Virus record (IMG/VR): IMGVR_UViG_3300020162_002681
Coordinates: 82,233 to 146,232 of that record
Reading direction: 5' to 3' (one strand)
Length of the DNA stretch: 64,000 nt
Source: a virus
Positions 27,834 to 37,635 of the stretch are shown here, in pieces (the stretch's first letter is position 1; each line of letters opens with the position of its first letter). The notes below the pieces were generated by a model that worked only from the letters and a program-made list of their open reading frames with translations, ran no database searches and was not told the DNA's origin. A program made the translations under genes and the position numbers.

Positions 27834-29474
27834 CTAAAAGTGACTGACGATTTGGACACTTCGAGCCACGTTATTAACTATATTTTTTTCTGCCCCAACA
27901 AAGTTGAGTGCCTCTATTCCTGATTCTACTATTCGGGGTAAGTTAGCTGCATCAGGTGACGGTAATCTAGGTGTTGTGAAAGTCGAGTATATGGCTTTGG
28001 CTGTTGCATTTCCTAGTGATTTATTAGAGGCAAGTAGTGCAAGTCCAGCAACGAATGCAGTAGCTGCAATAGCAATCTTAATTGGTGTACCTAAACCGCC
28101 TTGAGGTGGTCGATTAGGAGGTTGTTTCTTAGGGTCGAAATCTTCTTCATCAACGTCTTCCACTAGAGTCCAGAAGCACTGGCACTGTACATGAAAAGGT
28201 ATAGAAGGTTTGCTGTGATTACGCCACACAGTTCCCCCGCCTTTTTTATAATTAATAACGTCACCTGCACTTCTTTGGTTTTCAAGTATCTCAAATAGGA
28301 AATACTCAAGTCCATCTTGAAGTTCACAATCTTCACATGGTACAGGGTCAGTTCTTTTACTGCCGCTTGCTAATCTTTTGTAACGACTAATCAGCGCATA
28401 CTCTCTATCAACATTCCATCTGAACCTCTTGTATCTATCAGCTTTTCCTCCAAATGCAGCTATCTTCCCAAAATTGTATGCGATGTTCAATTCAGTCTTT
28501 ACAATGACATCTGGCGATTGTTGCTTAAATGCACCTTGCAAGCCAGTTTGGTCTTTGTTAATAATATTGCGAATACGCACTTTTAATAGGTTGAGGTCAT
28601 ATTCATATTTGTTTCGTTGAGACTTGATGTTGGTGATGTACTCGCGGTTGTCTGCGAGAAATAGTGCGACAGCTTTGCGGATTTGCTTATTGCTTTCAGT
28701 CGAGTAAGAGGCTTGTAATACTCGACGGCGCTTACCTAAATAGTTGCTCGATATGAAGTTCTGTTTCTCGTCACTACTACCATACAAAAAGTTCATCATG
28801 GCAGCTTTACCTGCATTGGTGCTATCACTTATCTTGTTGAGCATATAAACGTTGCGGGATACTTCATCGGCTATTTTGACTCGCTCTTGCACGTTGGCTA
28901 AGTCATTAATATTAGTTTGCTCGGCTCGTTGCTTCAGCAGGTTGTTGACGGCATTTCTGGTCAAGCTATACCTTGCTCGATTTTGCATATTTTGCCCGTA
29001 ATCATCATTGGCTGCAAACTCAGCCGCTAACTCTTTAGTGTCTTCTGCAATAACTACACTGTCAAAATACTTGCGAATATCGTCATCACCATACTCATAA
29101 AGATAGTCATACATCTGATGCCTCAGCGCCAACTTAATCATCGACTCAAAATTAGTGGTCAATACCTTGTTAAACTCAACTTGCACCTTTAGAAAGTACT
29201 TGTCGGTAACATCGCTTACATTCTTTTCTGCAAACTTGTCAAACAATTGGTCTGGCACTTCATAAATACTTGCATTCGATTTAGCAATCCACTTAGCTAG
29301 TTCATCGACAAACGTGGTCTTAGCAAACTCACTATTAATTGCCATACGAACACCCAAAATAGATTCAGCCAAGGCTTTGAAGTACTCTTGCGTCTTAAAC
29401 TCTTTGAAACTATTGGACTGTCTACGCATGGTGCTAAGATTATTAAGAATATGTATATCTATATAGTATGACAC
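27834..29474 (-). CDS. Minor head protein, SPP1 gp7/Mu gpF-like
   Basis: KTELNIAYNFG, CEDC and IPFHVQCQC motifs; C-terminal hydrophobic segment; the true start may be MRRQ (~29429). Confidence 0.75.
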   Translation of the reverse strand: MSYYIDIHILNNLSTMRRQSNSFKEFKTQEYFKALAESILGVRMAINSEFAKTTFVDELAKWIAKSNASIYEVPDQLFDKFAEKNVSDVTDKYFLKVQVEFNKVLTTNFESMIKLALRHQMYDYLYEYGDDDIRKYFDSVVIAEDTKELAAEFAANDDYGQNMQNRARYSLTRNAVNNLLKQRAEQTNINDLANVQERVKIADEVSRNVYMLNKISDSTNAGKAAMMNFLYGSSDEKQNFISSNYLGKRRRVLQASYSTESNKQIRKAVALFLADNREYITNIKSQRNKYEYDLNLLKVRIRNIINKDQTGLQGAFKQQSPDVIVKTELNIAYNFGKIAAFGGKADRYKRFRWNVDREYALISRYKRLASGSKRTDPVPCEDCELQDGLEYFLFEILENQRSAGDVINYKKGGGTVWRNHSKPSIPFHVQCQCFWTLVEDVDEEDFDPKKQPPNRPPQGGLGTPIKIAIAATAFVAGLALLASNKSLGNATAKAIYSTFTTPRLPSPDAANLPRIVESGIEALNFVGAEKNIVNNVARSVQIVSHF

Positions 29475-30025
29475 AACCTACACCACTCCAACCTTACGTC
29501 GATACTGTAAGGAAGCAGAAAGAGAAAGACCTTATCAATGTCACGAAGAGGACTCGTAAACACATCCCTGCATATGTGTTTCAAGCTCATGCCAACTTGC
29601 TCGCCCGATTCCCAGATACAGGTAGTTTCTTGACACCAGCATTCGTCTATCAAACTCTGAGAGAGATTACCAAAGCTATTGAAGCTCAGCTATGTGCTGA
29701 TGAAACTGCGCCTATCGATATCTTTGGTCTTGGGAAATTCATACTACTTCGTAAGAAAGCCTACAGAAGTGAGGATAAAACAAAAGAACAACTTTACCTT
29801 AAGTTTCGCCACTCTCAAGTCTTTTTGTATAAGCTGAGACGACATCATGGTACAGCTACACCAGCAGAACTAAAGACGTTGCAGAAGTCAGATAACTACA
29901 TGAAAGAGTTGAAAGCCAAACGCGAGAAGTTTTTGCGCGAACGGGAGATGAAGCGGAAAGGAGAGTTGGACGAACTTGACCCAAGCAATTACGTTGCTCA
30001 GTTTTCAAGTATCTTAGAACTCTAA
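29468..30025 (+). CDS. HU/IHF-like DNA-binding protein
   Basis: IDIFGLGKFILLRKKAY...LKFRHS resembles the HU beta-arm signature. Confidence 0.55.
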   Translation: MTQPTPLQPYVDTVRKQKEKDLINVTKRTRKHIPAYVFQAHANLLARFPDTGSFLTPAFVYQTLREITKAIEAQLCADETAPIDIFGLGKFILLRKKAYRSEDKTKEQLYLKFRHSQVFLYKLRRHHGTATPAELKTLQKSDNYMKELKAKREKFLREREMKRKGELDELDPSNYVAQFSSILEL

Positions 30026-33000
30026 ACTGCATAAGCACTACTAGGTAGGGCAAAACTTGTACCATTGTAAAGTGAAATCCGCCTGTACACCACAAATGAA
30101 TCTAAATTGATGTTCAAGCCACTTGTAGTTATTGCAGTGGCTTGCCCTATTTGTGCGTTAGTGTTCCAGTCACGATACTCATAGTCGTCAGCAGCTTCGT
30201 ATACTCGTACTCCACCAACATACAATCTAAGTGTTCCATCCTGTCTTGTAAGAGCAATATGATTGAACACAGTTGAGGATATAGGCAAAGCTATAGAGAA
30301 GAGGGCAAATCCAAGTATTAATGAGCGCCCCAAGTATAGTCGGTCGGCTGAAAAGAAGAGGCTGAGTCCTTGTTGTGTGTAGATGTTGATAACTTCGCTT
30401 CCAGTGGTAGCTCGGTCAGTAAGTAACCAACCTGCAACTGTGAAATCATCCAACAGAAAAGAGAAATCTGAGTCATTAGGTATTTGCACATAGGCTGGCG
30501 CACTGTTCTTGCTAATAGGGAAACTGGCGGCTCCAAACTTCTTGGTCACGGTGTCCAGTATAGAGATGTTGCTAGTCAGGGTCTTAGCGCGGTAACTCTG
30601 GTCAATGATACTACTATCGAAGTTCAACAACGTAACTATCTTAGCTGGCTGGTAATAGTCTCGAATGCTTCGCTCGATGGCAGAAAAAGAAGTTGGGCTT
30701 ATCTTGTAGTCAATGATGCAAAACATGGCTACGCTACCTTTCACGCTTCTATCGTCAAACACCCTGTCCTTGGCAATAGAGTTAATGGTCACTAGGTCGG
30801 TCGAATTGAATATCACTACACTTAGAGATTCTTCAGGTAGCACATAATCACGTTCTCTTTCTGCCCCGTTTGCCCAAACGTCACCAAAAAAGTCTGTTGC
30901 TAGGAGTTCGCCGTCATTGCCAGAGTTGAATATGTTGTTGCTGGCTTGCCCGAATAAGAAAGCTGCTCCAGTTTGCCCTGCTTTGCGAATGTATGCCATG
31001 ATAAAGCAATAACCACTACTGCTGCTAGGTGTGCCAAAGTCTAGCCGTGAAGAGCCATCTATGTTAAATCTAGCTGCGGGTAGCCCGTCAAGTTGTGCTG
31101 GTGTGATGTAGTTGACTGCGTTTGCTCCAATTAGTTCTTGACCATTAGTTCTATATTCAACTAATTGCATAATGTTGCCACTGGATAAGGTGACAACATC
31201 AGGGGTGACGATGAAGAATGAGCTGAAGGTATTAAGGAGAGTTTTGAGATTGATGTAGAGTTGGTTAGTTAGTAATGTGATACTGATGTTGAAACTGAAT
31301 GTGAGTGATTCAGTGCTAGTGTAGGCGCGAATAGTGAAGCTAATGAAGTCGTCGGTCGGGCAAGTGAATGTGAGGTCGTTCCCAGTTATCGTTGCTGAGT
31401 AGTGATTAACAAGTATCTCGTAGTCTACAGTGTTGCCAGCTATCTCAGTGACTTTCTTGTTGAGGTTAACAATAACGTCTTCAGTGTATCGAAATTCTGT
31501 CTCGGTACTAAAAAGCAATAACGTAGAGTCAAAGAATTTATTTGCAAGAAGATGAGTCGCCTCTGCTAGTTCGCTATCATTCAAAGCAACTGACCAGCCT
31601 ATAAAGTATAGCAATTCTCCTTTTAGCTGTGAAGTAAAACCATTGAAAGGTATTGCGGCTCCAGTGTTTGTAGCTGTAATGATTGCTCCATATTCAGTGG
31701 GAAATTGGTAGTTAAAGGCATTGACCCCAATTTTGTTCACCTTCGTATTTAATTGGGTTACGGCTGTTGTGCCGAATATCTCTTCACTAGTGGGAGTAGT
31801 CCATAGAACTCCATTAGCAAATATGTCTGGAAAGCCATTCGCAATGAAACGTTCCCCAATTTGTTTCTGCTTGTATACCCAGATGTAGGTCTTGCAGTTG
31901 ACTGATGTGCCAGATAGTGATTTGGGGTTGAGAGAACTGTTGGTAATGAAAGATGCTTTGACTCCATCGTAAGTAATCTGGTTAACTCCTACGTCACTTG
32001 CTATGTAAAGAGGCTTGCTAGGCAGTCGTCGGCAGTCTTCCCACTGAACTATATTGCCAAACGTATCAGTATAAATCCCGTAAGGAATGTCGTCACCATC
32101 TTTAAGTGTTGATAGGGACGCTGCAATATTAAATTGCTGAGGGAAATCAAGAATAAAAGGGTCTGCTATTACAGTTTCTAGCGAAAAACTAAAATAAGAC
32201 ACCATAGAGTTGCTATTAGTGATGCTGATAGTGAAGTTACCGTCAAAGACCTCTGGGATATAGCCCGATAGAACTGAGCCTGTAAAACTAAGTCCTAGAC
32301 CACTAGGAGATATGTAGGTGTAAGTAGTGATATCAAAGAACTCATCGACAGCAATAGTCGCAAAGTCAAAGCTGAAAAATGCATCAACAAAATTTCTGAA
32401 TGAAGGTTGAGACGAAATTACTACACCGTTGTAGTTGACATATATCTCTGCTAACTTAGCTTCCACTGCTGCCAATGTAAGCGATGGACAAGGCGATTCA
32501 GCCGTGATGATTGCTGCAATTTTTCCTCTTACACTCAGCCCTCCAGTAACTGCGCTTCCACCGAATCCGCCGACTATTTCATATTCGTTTGCATTATCTA
32601 TATTAGTGACACTAAGTATTCTTGGATTGTTGGTCGGTATGAAGGCTGTAGGAGGCACACTGCGACTATTGATTCGTGAAGTAGCATTATATACAGAGTT
32701 ACCAGCTAGAGGTGCTTCAGCCCACAAGGTAGTACTACCTGAACGAAAGATGTCAAAGTATGTCGGTGGGTCACCCGCAATAACTCCAGAAGAAGCTATG
32801 GGAAAACTTCCAGCAACTCTTGTAAGGTATACGAGTATTAATGTACCTACCTTAACTGGGCTGCGGAAAACTAAGGACTGATTACCGTTATCTGCAAAAT
32901 CTATACTGGGTTGACCGTTAAACTGACTATCACTAGTAACCAGAGTGGGAGGATTACTGGAAGCTTGCAGGAAATTTCCATCAAATAAAAGGTTGTAGAT

Positions 33001-33171
33001 GGTTTGAACTTGGTTAGCTCCGTTAGACCCTATCTTTGAAAAGGTCAGATATTCTGGGTCACATAAATATAATCCATTCAAGTTGGGAATTAGTTTTGCA
33101 ACATCATACACCTGACTCGCGTATGAATAGCCAGCAGAAAAGGAATGATTATAAGCTGCCGATAATTTCAT
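30022..33171 (-). CDS. Tail fibre/receptor-binding protein with repeated LamG/ConA-like domains
   Basis: C-terminal KKFGAASF...DFTVAGW...HIALTRQDGTLRLYVGG LamG signature; repeated internal lectin-like units. Confidence 0.75.
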   Translation of the reverse strand: MKLSAAYNHSFSAGYSYASQVYDVAKLIPNLNGLYLCDPEYLTFSKIGSNGANQVQTIYNLLFDGNFLQASSNPPTLVTSDSQFNGQPSIDFADNGNQSLVFRSPVKVGTLILVYLTRVAGSFPIASSGVIAGDPPTYFDIFRSGSTTLWAEAPLAGNSVYNATSRINSRSVPPTAFIPTNNPRILSVTNIDNANEYEIVGGFGGSAVTGGLSVRGKIAAIITAESPCPSLTLAAVEAKLAEIYVNYNGVVISSQPSFRNFVDAFFSFDFATIAVDEFFDITTYTYISPSGLGLSFTGSVLSGYIPEVFDGNFTISITNSNSMVSYFSFSLETVIADPFILDFPQQFNIAASLSTLKDGDDIPYGIYTDTFGNIVQWEDCRRLPSKPLYIASDVGVNQITYDGVKASFITNSSLNPKSLSGTSVNCKTYIWVYKQKQIGERFIANGFPDIFANGVLWTTPTSEEIFGTTAVTQLNTKVNKIGVNAFNYQFPTEYGAIITATNTGAAIPFNGFTSQLKGELLYFIGWSVALNDSELAEATHLLANKFFDSTLLLFSTETEFRYTEDVIVNLNKKVTEIAGNTVDYEILVNHYSATITGNDLTFTCPTDDFISFTIRAYTSTESLTFSFNISITLLTNQLYINLKTLLNTFSSFFIVTPDVVTLSSGNIMQLVEYRTNGQELIGANAVNYITPAQLDGLPAARFNIDGSSRLDFGTPSSSSGYCFIMAYIRKAGQTGAAFLFGQASNNIFNSGNDGELLATDFFGDVWANGAERERDYVLPEESLSVVIFNSTDLVTINSIAKDRVFDDRSVKGSVAMFCIIDYKISPTSFSAIERSIRDYYQPAKIVTLLNFDSSIIDQSYRAKTLTSNISILDTVTKKFGAASFPISKNSAPAYVQIPNDSDFSFLLDDFTVAGWLLTDRATTGSEVINIYTQQGLSLFFSADRLYLGRSLILGFALFSIALPISSTVFNHIALTRQDGTLRLYVGGVRVYEAADDYEYRDWNTNAQIGQATAITTSGLNINLDSFVVYRRISLYNGTSFALPSSAYAV

Positions 33172-33685
33172 TTAGTTTAGTGTTGGTGTATGCCGTCAAC
33201 AGATTGGTTACTGTTTGCTTAGAGTAAGTGAACCCAAACTCTTTCCATATCTGTAAAAAAGTGAGCCAACCTTCGTCTTGAGTCACATGATTCTTAATTT
33301 GGTCAGCTTCACTTCGGGTTAATAAGGTAGGAGAAAAATACCCTGCGATTCCATTTACTTTAGGTAAGGGGGGTATATCAGCACTCATATTTATTTCTGG
33401 AAGGTTCCTTACTATCCAACGCCACGCTTCTACGGCAGCTTTAGTTTCTTCAGATAGATGTGCTGCACCAATTATCCAATCAACACTTGTTAAGGCAGCT
33501 TTTCTTTGTTCTTGTGTGGCAGTCTGGCTAACTGTGTTAGTTAGGTCTAGGGCAGGAAAAAATCCATACAAGGATAGTGTGTCATCATCAATGTAGGCTG
33601 GCTGAACTACACTGCCAAGTTGAGTAAGTATGTTGACAATAGCCGAAGCACGACTAAAAATACTACCATCTTTTCTATATAACAT
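33149..33685 (-). CDS. Putative tail fibre assembly protein
   Basis: RKAALTSVDW...WRWIVRNLPE pattern; adjacent to the fibre gene. Confidence 0.5.
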   Translation of the reverse strand: MLYRKDGSIFSRASAIVNILTQLGSVVQPAYIDDDTLSLYGFFPALDLTNTVSQTATQEQRKAALTSVDWIIGAAHLSEETKAAVEAWRWIVRNLPEINMSADIPPLPKVNGIAGYFSPTLLTRSEADQIKNHVTQDEGWLTFLQIWKEFGFTYSKQTVTNLLTAYTNTKLNEIIGSL

Positions 33686-34459
33686 CTAAACAATCCTCAG
33701 CTTTTTCTTGAACCAATCCGCAACTTTAGTGAAACGGGATGTCCCCCTATCGTATATTAAGCTGTTAACTTGCATGGCTTTATCATAGGCAGCTTCTCTT
33801 GTGATGTCGCTCCATCCAACTTCAGATTCGTTTTGAACTTCGCATTTTTCTCGACTATCATACTGAACAAAAATAATTCCATGAGGGTCTTCTGCCACAT
33901 CATCTACAAGTAACATCACATACTGCCCAAACATGTAGCAGGTAGATAAAAACCTCTTTTGTTTGTTAGATATCGTGGGTAAGTCTTGGTGGGTATGTAT
34001 AAATGCTTTTGCAGCTTGTAATTTGTCTAGGTATTGGTAATCTGCTAAGGACATTATAGAGAAAGTATCTACATCTTTTAGCTTAGTTCCTACAGGCTCT
34101 ATGCCAAGTCTGGTTGCCTCGGCTAATACTGACACTCTCTTCCAGTGGTAGACTGCGTTTTGTTTACCATTATGGAAACCAGCAATCAACACTCGGTCAG
34201 CTTTAGTGACTTCTCTTAACTCTACTGCAATATCATCAAGACTCTCAAGCAACTCTAAGTCCGAACCTCGGAGCAGGTCAATTGCAAACTCTACTGGCTT
34301 GGACTTGAATAATGATATAAGTCTCTCAAGAACCATCAATAGTATAATGATGTTGGTTATATTTGAGGGTAAGGTTATAGTTGTCCCAAACAAATCGAAC
34401 GATGGAGCATCACTAGGGTTAGGTGTAGGTTGGACTTCGTACTGTTTAGTTGTTGCCAT
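33686..34459 (-). CDS. Membrane-anchored GAF-like protein (T4 holin T-like architecture)
   Basis: N-terminal transmembrane segment, then ELREVTKADRVLIAGFHNG...HGIIFVQY. Confidence 0.55.
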   Translation of the reverse strand: MATTKQYEVQPTPNPSDAPSFDLFGTTITLPSNITNIIILLMVLERLISLFKSKPVEFAIDLLRGSDLELLESLDDIAVELREVTKADRVLIAGFHNGKQNAVYHWKRVSVLAEATRLGIEPVGTKLKDVDTFSIMSLADYQYLDKLQAAKAFIHTHQDLPTISNKQKRFLSTCYMFGQYVMLLVDDVAEDPHGIIFVQYDSREKCEVQNESEVGWSDITREAAYDKAMQVNSLIYDRGTSRFTKVADWFKKKLRIV

Positions 34460-35429
34460 TGGTGAATGCTTCCATATTGCGGTTTTTGTAAAGAATTATC
34501 ACCTTTAGTTTAACATCATCCTTATATACCAGTAGAGTGTAGGTATTGTCGAGCTTGCTTATTTTAGGTAGATAACCATTTTCAAAAACTATATCCGCAT
34601 CAGCGCTGAAGCTAAGTATTCCAACAAAGTTGATTATGTTGAGTGTGAAGAACTTCAAGTGAGATTGGTTAACTAATACATTAAGTGATAGCACTTTAAC
34701 AGTGTCGGCGCAGACTATATTTGTTTCGTTATATGTGATTGTGTCAATAGAGGCGCTAGATAAAGGTAGTATAGCTTCGATGTCTTGGCACTGATAGATT
34801 AGATTGTTGAGTACTTTACCGTTGCAATCAAGTGCACCGCCTAGAATGGGCGACCTATCCCAACTAATATTTAAAGGTAGTATGCGGTAAGATTCTCCAA
34901 ATCCTCCAGTGCCAGAGGGCGCGAAGAAGGACACAAAAACCCCATACGCAGGTGTAGAAAACGTGACATCATCAAATCTTCCGAGAGCGGAAGCTTCGGG
35001 TCTATATTCCCAACTTACTCCGTTATAGGTAAGAGCATATTTGTTAGGTGCAACAGTATCTACTACATCGCTCAGCTCACTGACACTATATTCTTTTCTG
35101 CTTACGTTAGTGACAGTGCCAAGAGTGGTGACTGCAAGATAATCTCCAGCTCCGCCAATGACAGTACCTTCAATATCTCGGAGGTATATGTTAGGGACAG
35201 TAGTAGTAAGTTTGCCGTTCTCAAATCGAAGTATTGAGCCATCGCTGTACGAATAATACTCTATGAAGTCCTTGAGATTACGTTTGCTATTACCTGCAAT
35301 GATTACTGTATTCTTGTATGTCTTTGTAGTAATATTCCTAGAAGTGAATCCTAAGAGTAAAGTTCCTACTGGAACTAGGTTGTAGTCGGCTTCGCTCTCG
35401 TTGATAGTATGTGGAAATATGGTGCTCAT
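34446..35429 (-). CDS. Tail fibre-like protein (paralog of 35432..37276)
   Basis: Similar N-terminus and shared DxSPxLGGxLxxNG motif. Confidence 0.6.
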   Translation of the reverse strand: MSTIFPHTINESEADYNLVPVGTLLLGFTSRNITTKTYKNTVIIAGNSKRNLKDFIEYYSYSDGSILRFENGKLTTTVPNIYLRDIEGTVIGGAGDYLAVTTLGTVTNVSRKEYSVSELSDVVDTVAPNKYALTYNGVSWEYRPEASALGRFDDVTFSTPAYGVFVSFFAPSGTGGFGESYRILPLNISWDRSPILGGALDCNGKVLNNLIYQCQDIEAILPLSSASIDTITYNETNIVCADTVKVLSLNVLVNQSHLKFFTLNIINFVGILSFSADADIVFENGYLPKISKLDNTYTLLVYKDDVKLKVIILYKNRNMEAFTNGNN

Positions 35430-35431
35430 TG

Positions 35432-37276
35432 CTATGAAAATATCTGGTTCCCAATACTTCGGTGAAAGTAGTTGAATGATTGAGAGTGAACCACATCTTC
35501 AAGACCACCTAAGCGCCCAAACCTCATAGCTGGTGGTTGGTAAACTGCATCAGTATAGCGCCCCTTACCTACTGTCAGACGTACAGAGTCAATACGCCCA
35601 AGCATACTTATTTCTGCTGATGCAATAGCCAAGTTAGTAGCAGGAGAATCAGTAGCAAGCCCAGACTTCTCCGTAAGCAACTGACCATCACAATGTACCT
35701 TGATGCTCGTCCCAACTCGCGTGACAGAAAAGAATATGTAGCGACTGTTTTGGTATCTAAAAAGGCGATTGGCGTTATCAAATGTGTAGGTGTTAGCACC
35801 GATGGTTACAATAAGCGTTAGATTCTGAGTGCTGGTGGTTAGTTGACCTGTGTAGCTAATGCTGAAGTTGGTGGAGCTGAAATAGTCATGGGTAAGTGTT
35901 GTTACCGATTCATAAAAAGCTGTGTCTTGATATTGTAAATAGAACTCGTAAGTAAAGTCTCCAGTTACATTGATGGTGGAAGCGGGAGCGATGGTGATGG
36001 TGTCAATTACATTATCAAACTCGGCAATTTGATTAGGAATACCAAAGGTGATGATGTCTGTATCTTGTTGGGTCACTCCTAGTATTGTTACTGGAACTGA
36101 CAGACTACTTTTATCCTCGTACCAAAGTTTATCTCGCCATTCCTGAGCCTCAAAGTCGAGCAAGAGTTTGACATATTTGAAATAATCATCATAAAGTTTA
36201 GGAGCTGCTAGGAGTTGAGTCTGGTTGTCGTCGATGTTATAGCGCCAAGCAGGTATGCCCCCCTGACCTAGAGCAGCTATGTTAAGTGCAGTGGCGGTGA
36301 CGTATGTAGTTATTACTCCAGCTACGTTTTGGACAGATATTGTGATGATATCTGTTTTCCCAGCGCCAGACAACCGAATAGCTTTACCGTCTTCATATTT
36401 GACGTTAGTAAGCCCACCAATCAAGATTTGTCCAGTGTCTTGTCTTATCTCAATGAGCATCACGGCTGCTTGATTGGTACTGGGAGATAACTGCGGTAAC
36501 AAAATGCACTGAGCTTGAGTAGCTACAGGTAATCCAGTGACTATCCAATAATCTGAAGTAGCATAAGGCAGATTAACAGTAGCGGCGTTACCCACCACTG
36601 TAGAAATATTAGTAAAAGAATTATAAAAATAATTACCATTGGCGTTGAGGTTCCCACCTAGTTGTGGTGATGTGTCACGGACAATGTGCAGGTCTTGATT
36701 GCTCCAAACAGTCCCGCTAGCATCAAGCGAGAGTATCTGGTGTCTATGTGGGTCGCCTTCGGTTCCTGCTGTCGGTACTAGTTCTACGTCATCGAGTTGG
36801 TTGACAAGATTAAGTCGAGTTCGGGGTCGCCATCGCGCAGTAGGTAAGTCCCAATAGAGTGTCTGATTGTTAGTAAGACCTGCTAGATTTACGTCTGTAA
36901 GCTGAGATAGAGCGTAAGCTGGGCTTGCATTAACATACGCTTCTTTGAGGGGGTCATAGCGCAGGTACTGACCATCTACAGGTGACACTATCTCAAGGTC
37001 ACTCAGTCGGTTGAGGTTGCCAATCTGCGAAGCTGCTGTAAACTCGTTACCATCCTTAACAAAGAAATCGCCATCACGCGCATTGGTTATGTTTACATCT
37101 TGAAGCTCAGTAAACTTCTGTACGCCCTTGCCAATCTCGAATACTTTGCCAGTGAAGTCCTTAGTGTATAGGACTGCTTGCTCATCCTTAAGTGCTAAGA
37201 CAAGTTCACCAACAGCAATTTCATAGGGTGCTGGAAGTGAATCGTTGTTAAGGGTGTGCTTAAGGATTGTTGACAC
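35432..37276 (-). CDS. Tail fibre protein with LxDV repeats and C-terminal LamG-like domain
   Basis: Four (F/L)xxLxD(V/L) repeats, DTSPQLGGNLNANG, GRIDSVRLTVGKGRY. Confidence 0.72.
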   Translation of the reverse strand: MSTILKHTLNNDSLPAPYEIAVGELVLALKDEQAVLYTKDFTGKVFEIGKGVQKFTELQDVNITNARDGDFFVKDGNEFTAASQIGNLNRLSDLEIVSPVDGQYLRYDPLKEAYVNASPAYALSQLTDVNLAGLTNNQTLYWDLPTARWRPRTRLNLVNQLDDVELVPTAGTEGDPHRHQILSLDASGTVWSNQDLHIVRDTSPQLGGNLNANGNYFYNSFTNISTVVGNAATVNLPYATSDYWIVTGLPVATQAQCILLPQLSPSTNQAAVMLIEIRQDTGQILIGGLTNVKYEDGKAIRLSGAGKTDIITISVQNVAGVITTYVTATALNIAALGQGGIPAWRYNIDDNQTQLLAAPKLYDDYFKYVKLLLDFEAQEWRDKLWYEDKSSLSVPVTILGVTQQDTDIITFGIPNQIAEFDNVIDTITIAPASTINVTGDFTYEFYLQYQDTAFYESVTTLTHDYFSSTNFSISYTGQLTTSTQNLTLIVTIGANTYTFDNANRLFRYQNSRYIFFSVTRVGTSIKVHCDGQLLTEKSGLATDSPATNLAIASAEISMLGRIDSVRLTVGKGRYTDAVYQPPAMRFGRLGGLEDVVHSQSFNYFHRSIGNQIFS

Positions 37277-37580
37277 AAGCTTGTGGTACTAATTGTACTT
37301 GTAAGCGTTCGAGATACTCTAGGCAGGTAAGGTCGTGTTCAATTGGTGTAAGTATGCGGATGATGCCATAGAGGTCATCTATATCAGCTAAACGATTCAA
37401 CTCATACTTCTTCCAGCTGTTTGCAAGTTTGTATAGTAAGTCAAAGTCATTCTGATACAAGAACTCGCCAGTTAGATACAAAGCATTAGACAGAAAATAA
37501 AGCTGACGTTGAGGTGTGGTTAGTTCGAGCGCCACTACTAGGTCGCGCCAATGCATCATGAACATCCTCACCTTAGCCAT
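37260..37580 (-). CDS. Hypothetical protein
   Basis: Downstream of TerL; the longer start in the ORF track overlaps TerL. Confidence 0.4.
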   Translation of the reverse strand: MAKVRMFMMHWRDLVVALELTTPQRQLYFLSNALYLTGEFLYQNDFDLLYKLANSWKKYELNRLADIDDLYGIIRILTPIEHDLTCLEYLERLQVQLVPQACVNNP

Positions 37581-37635
37581 AGGGAAGGATAGGCAAGCTT
37601 TATACACAATTTGGTCAGTGATAAGTTCGGTGTTA

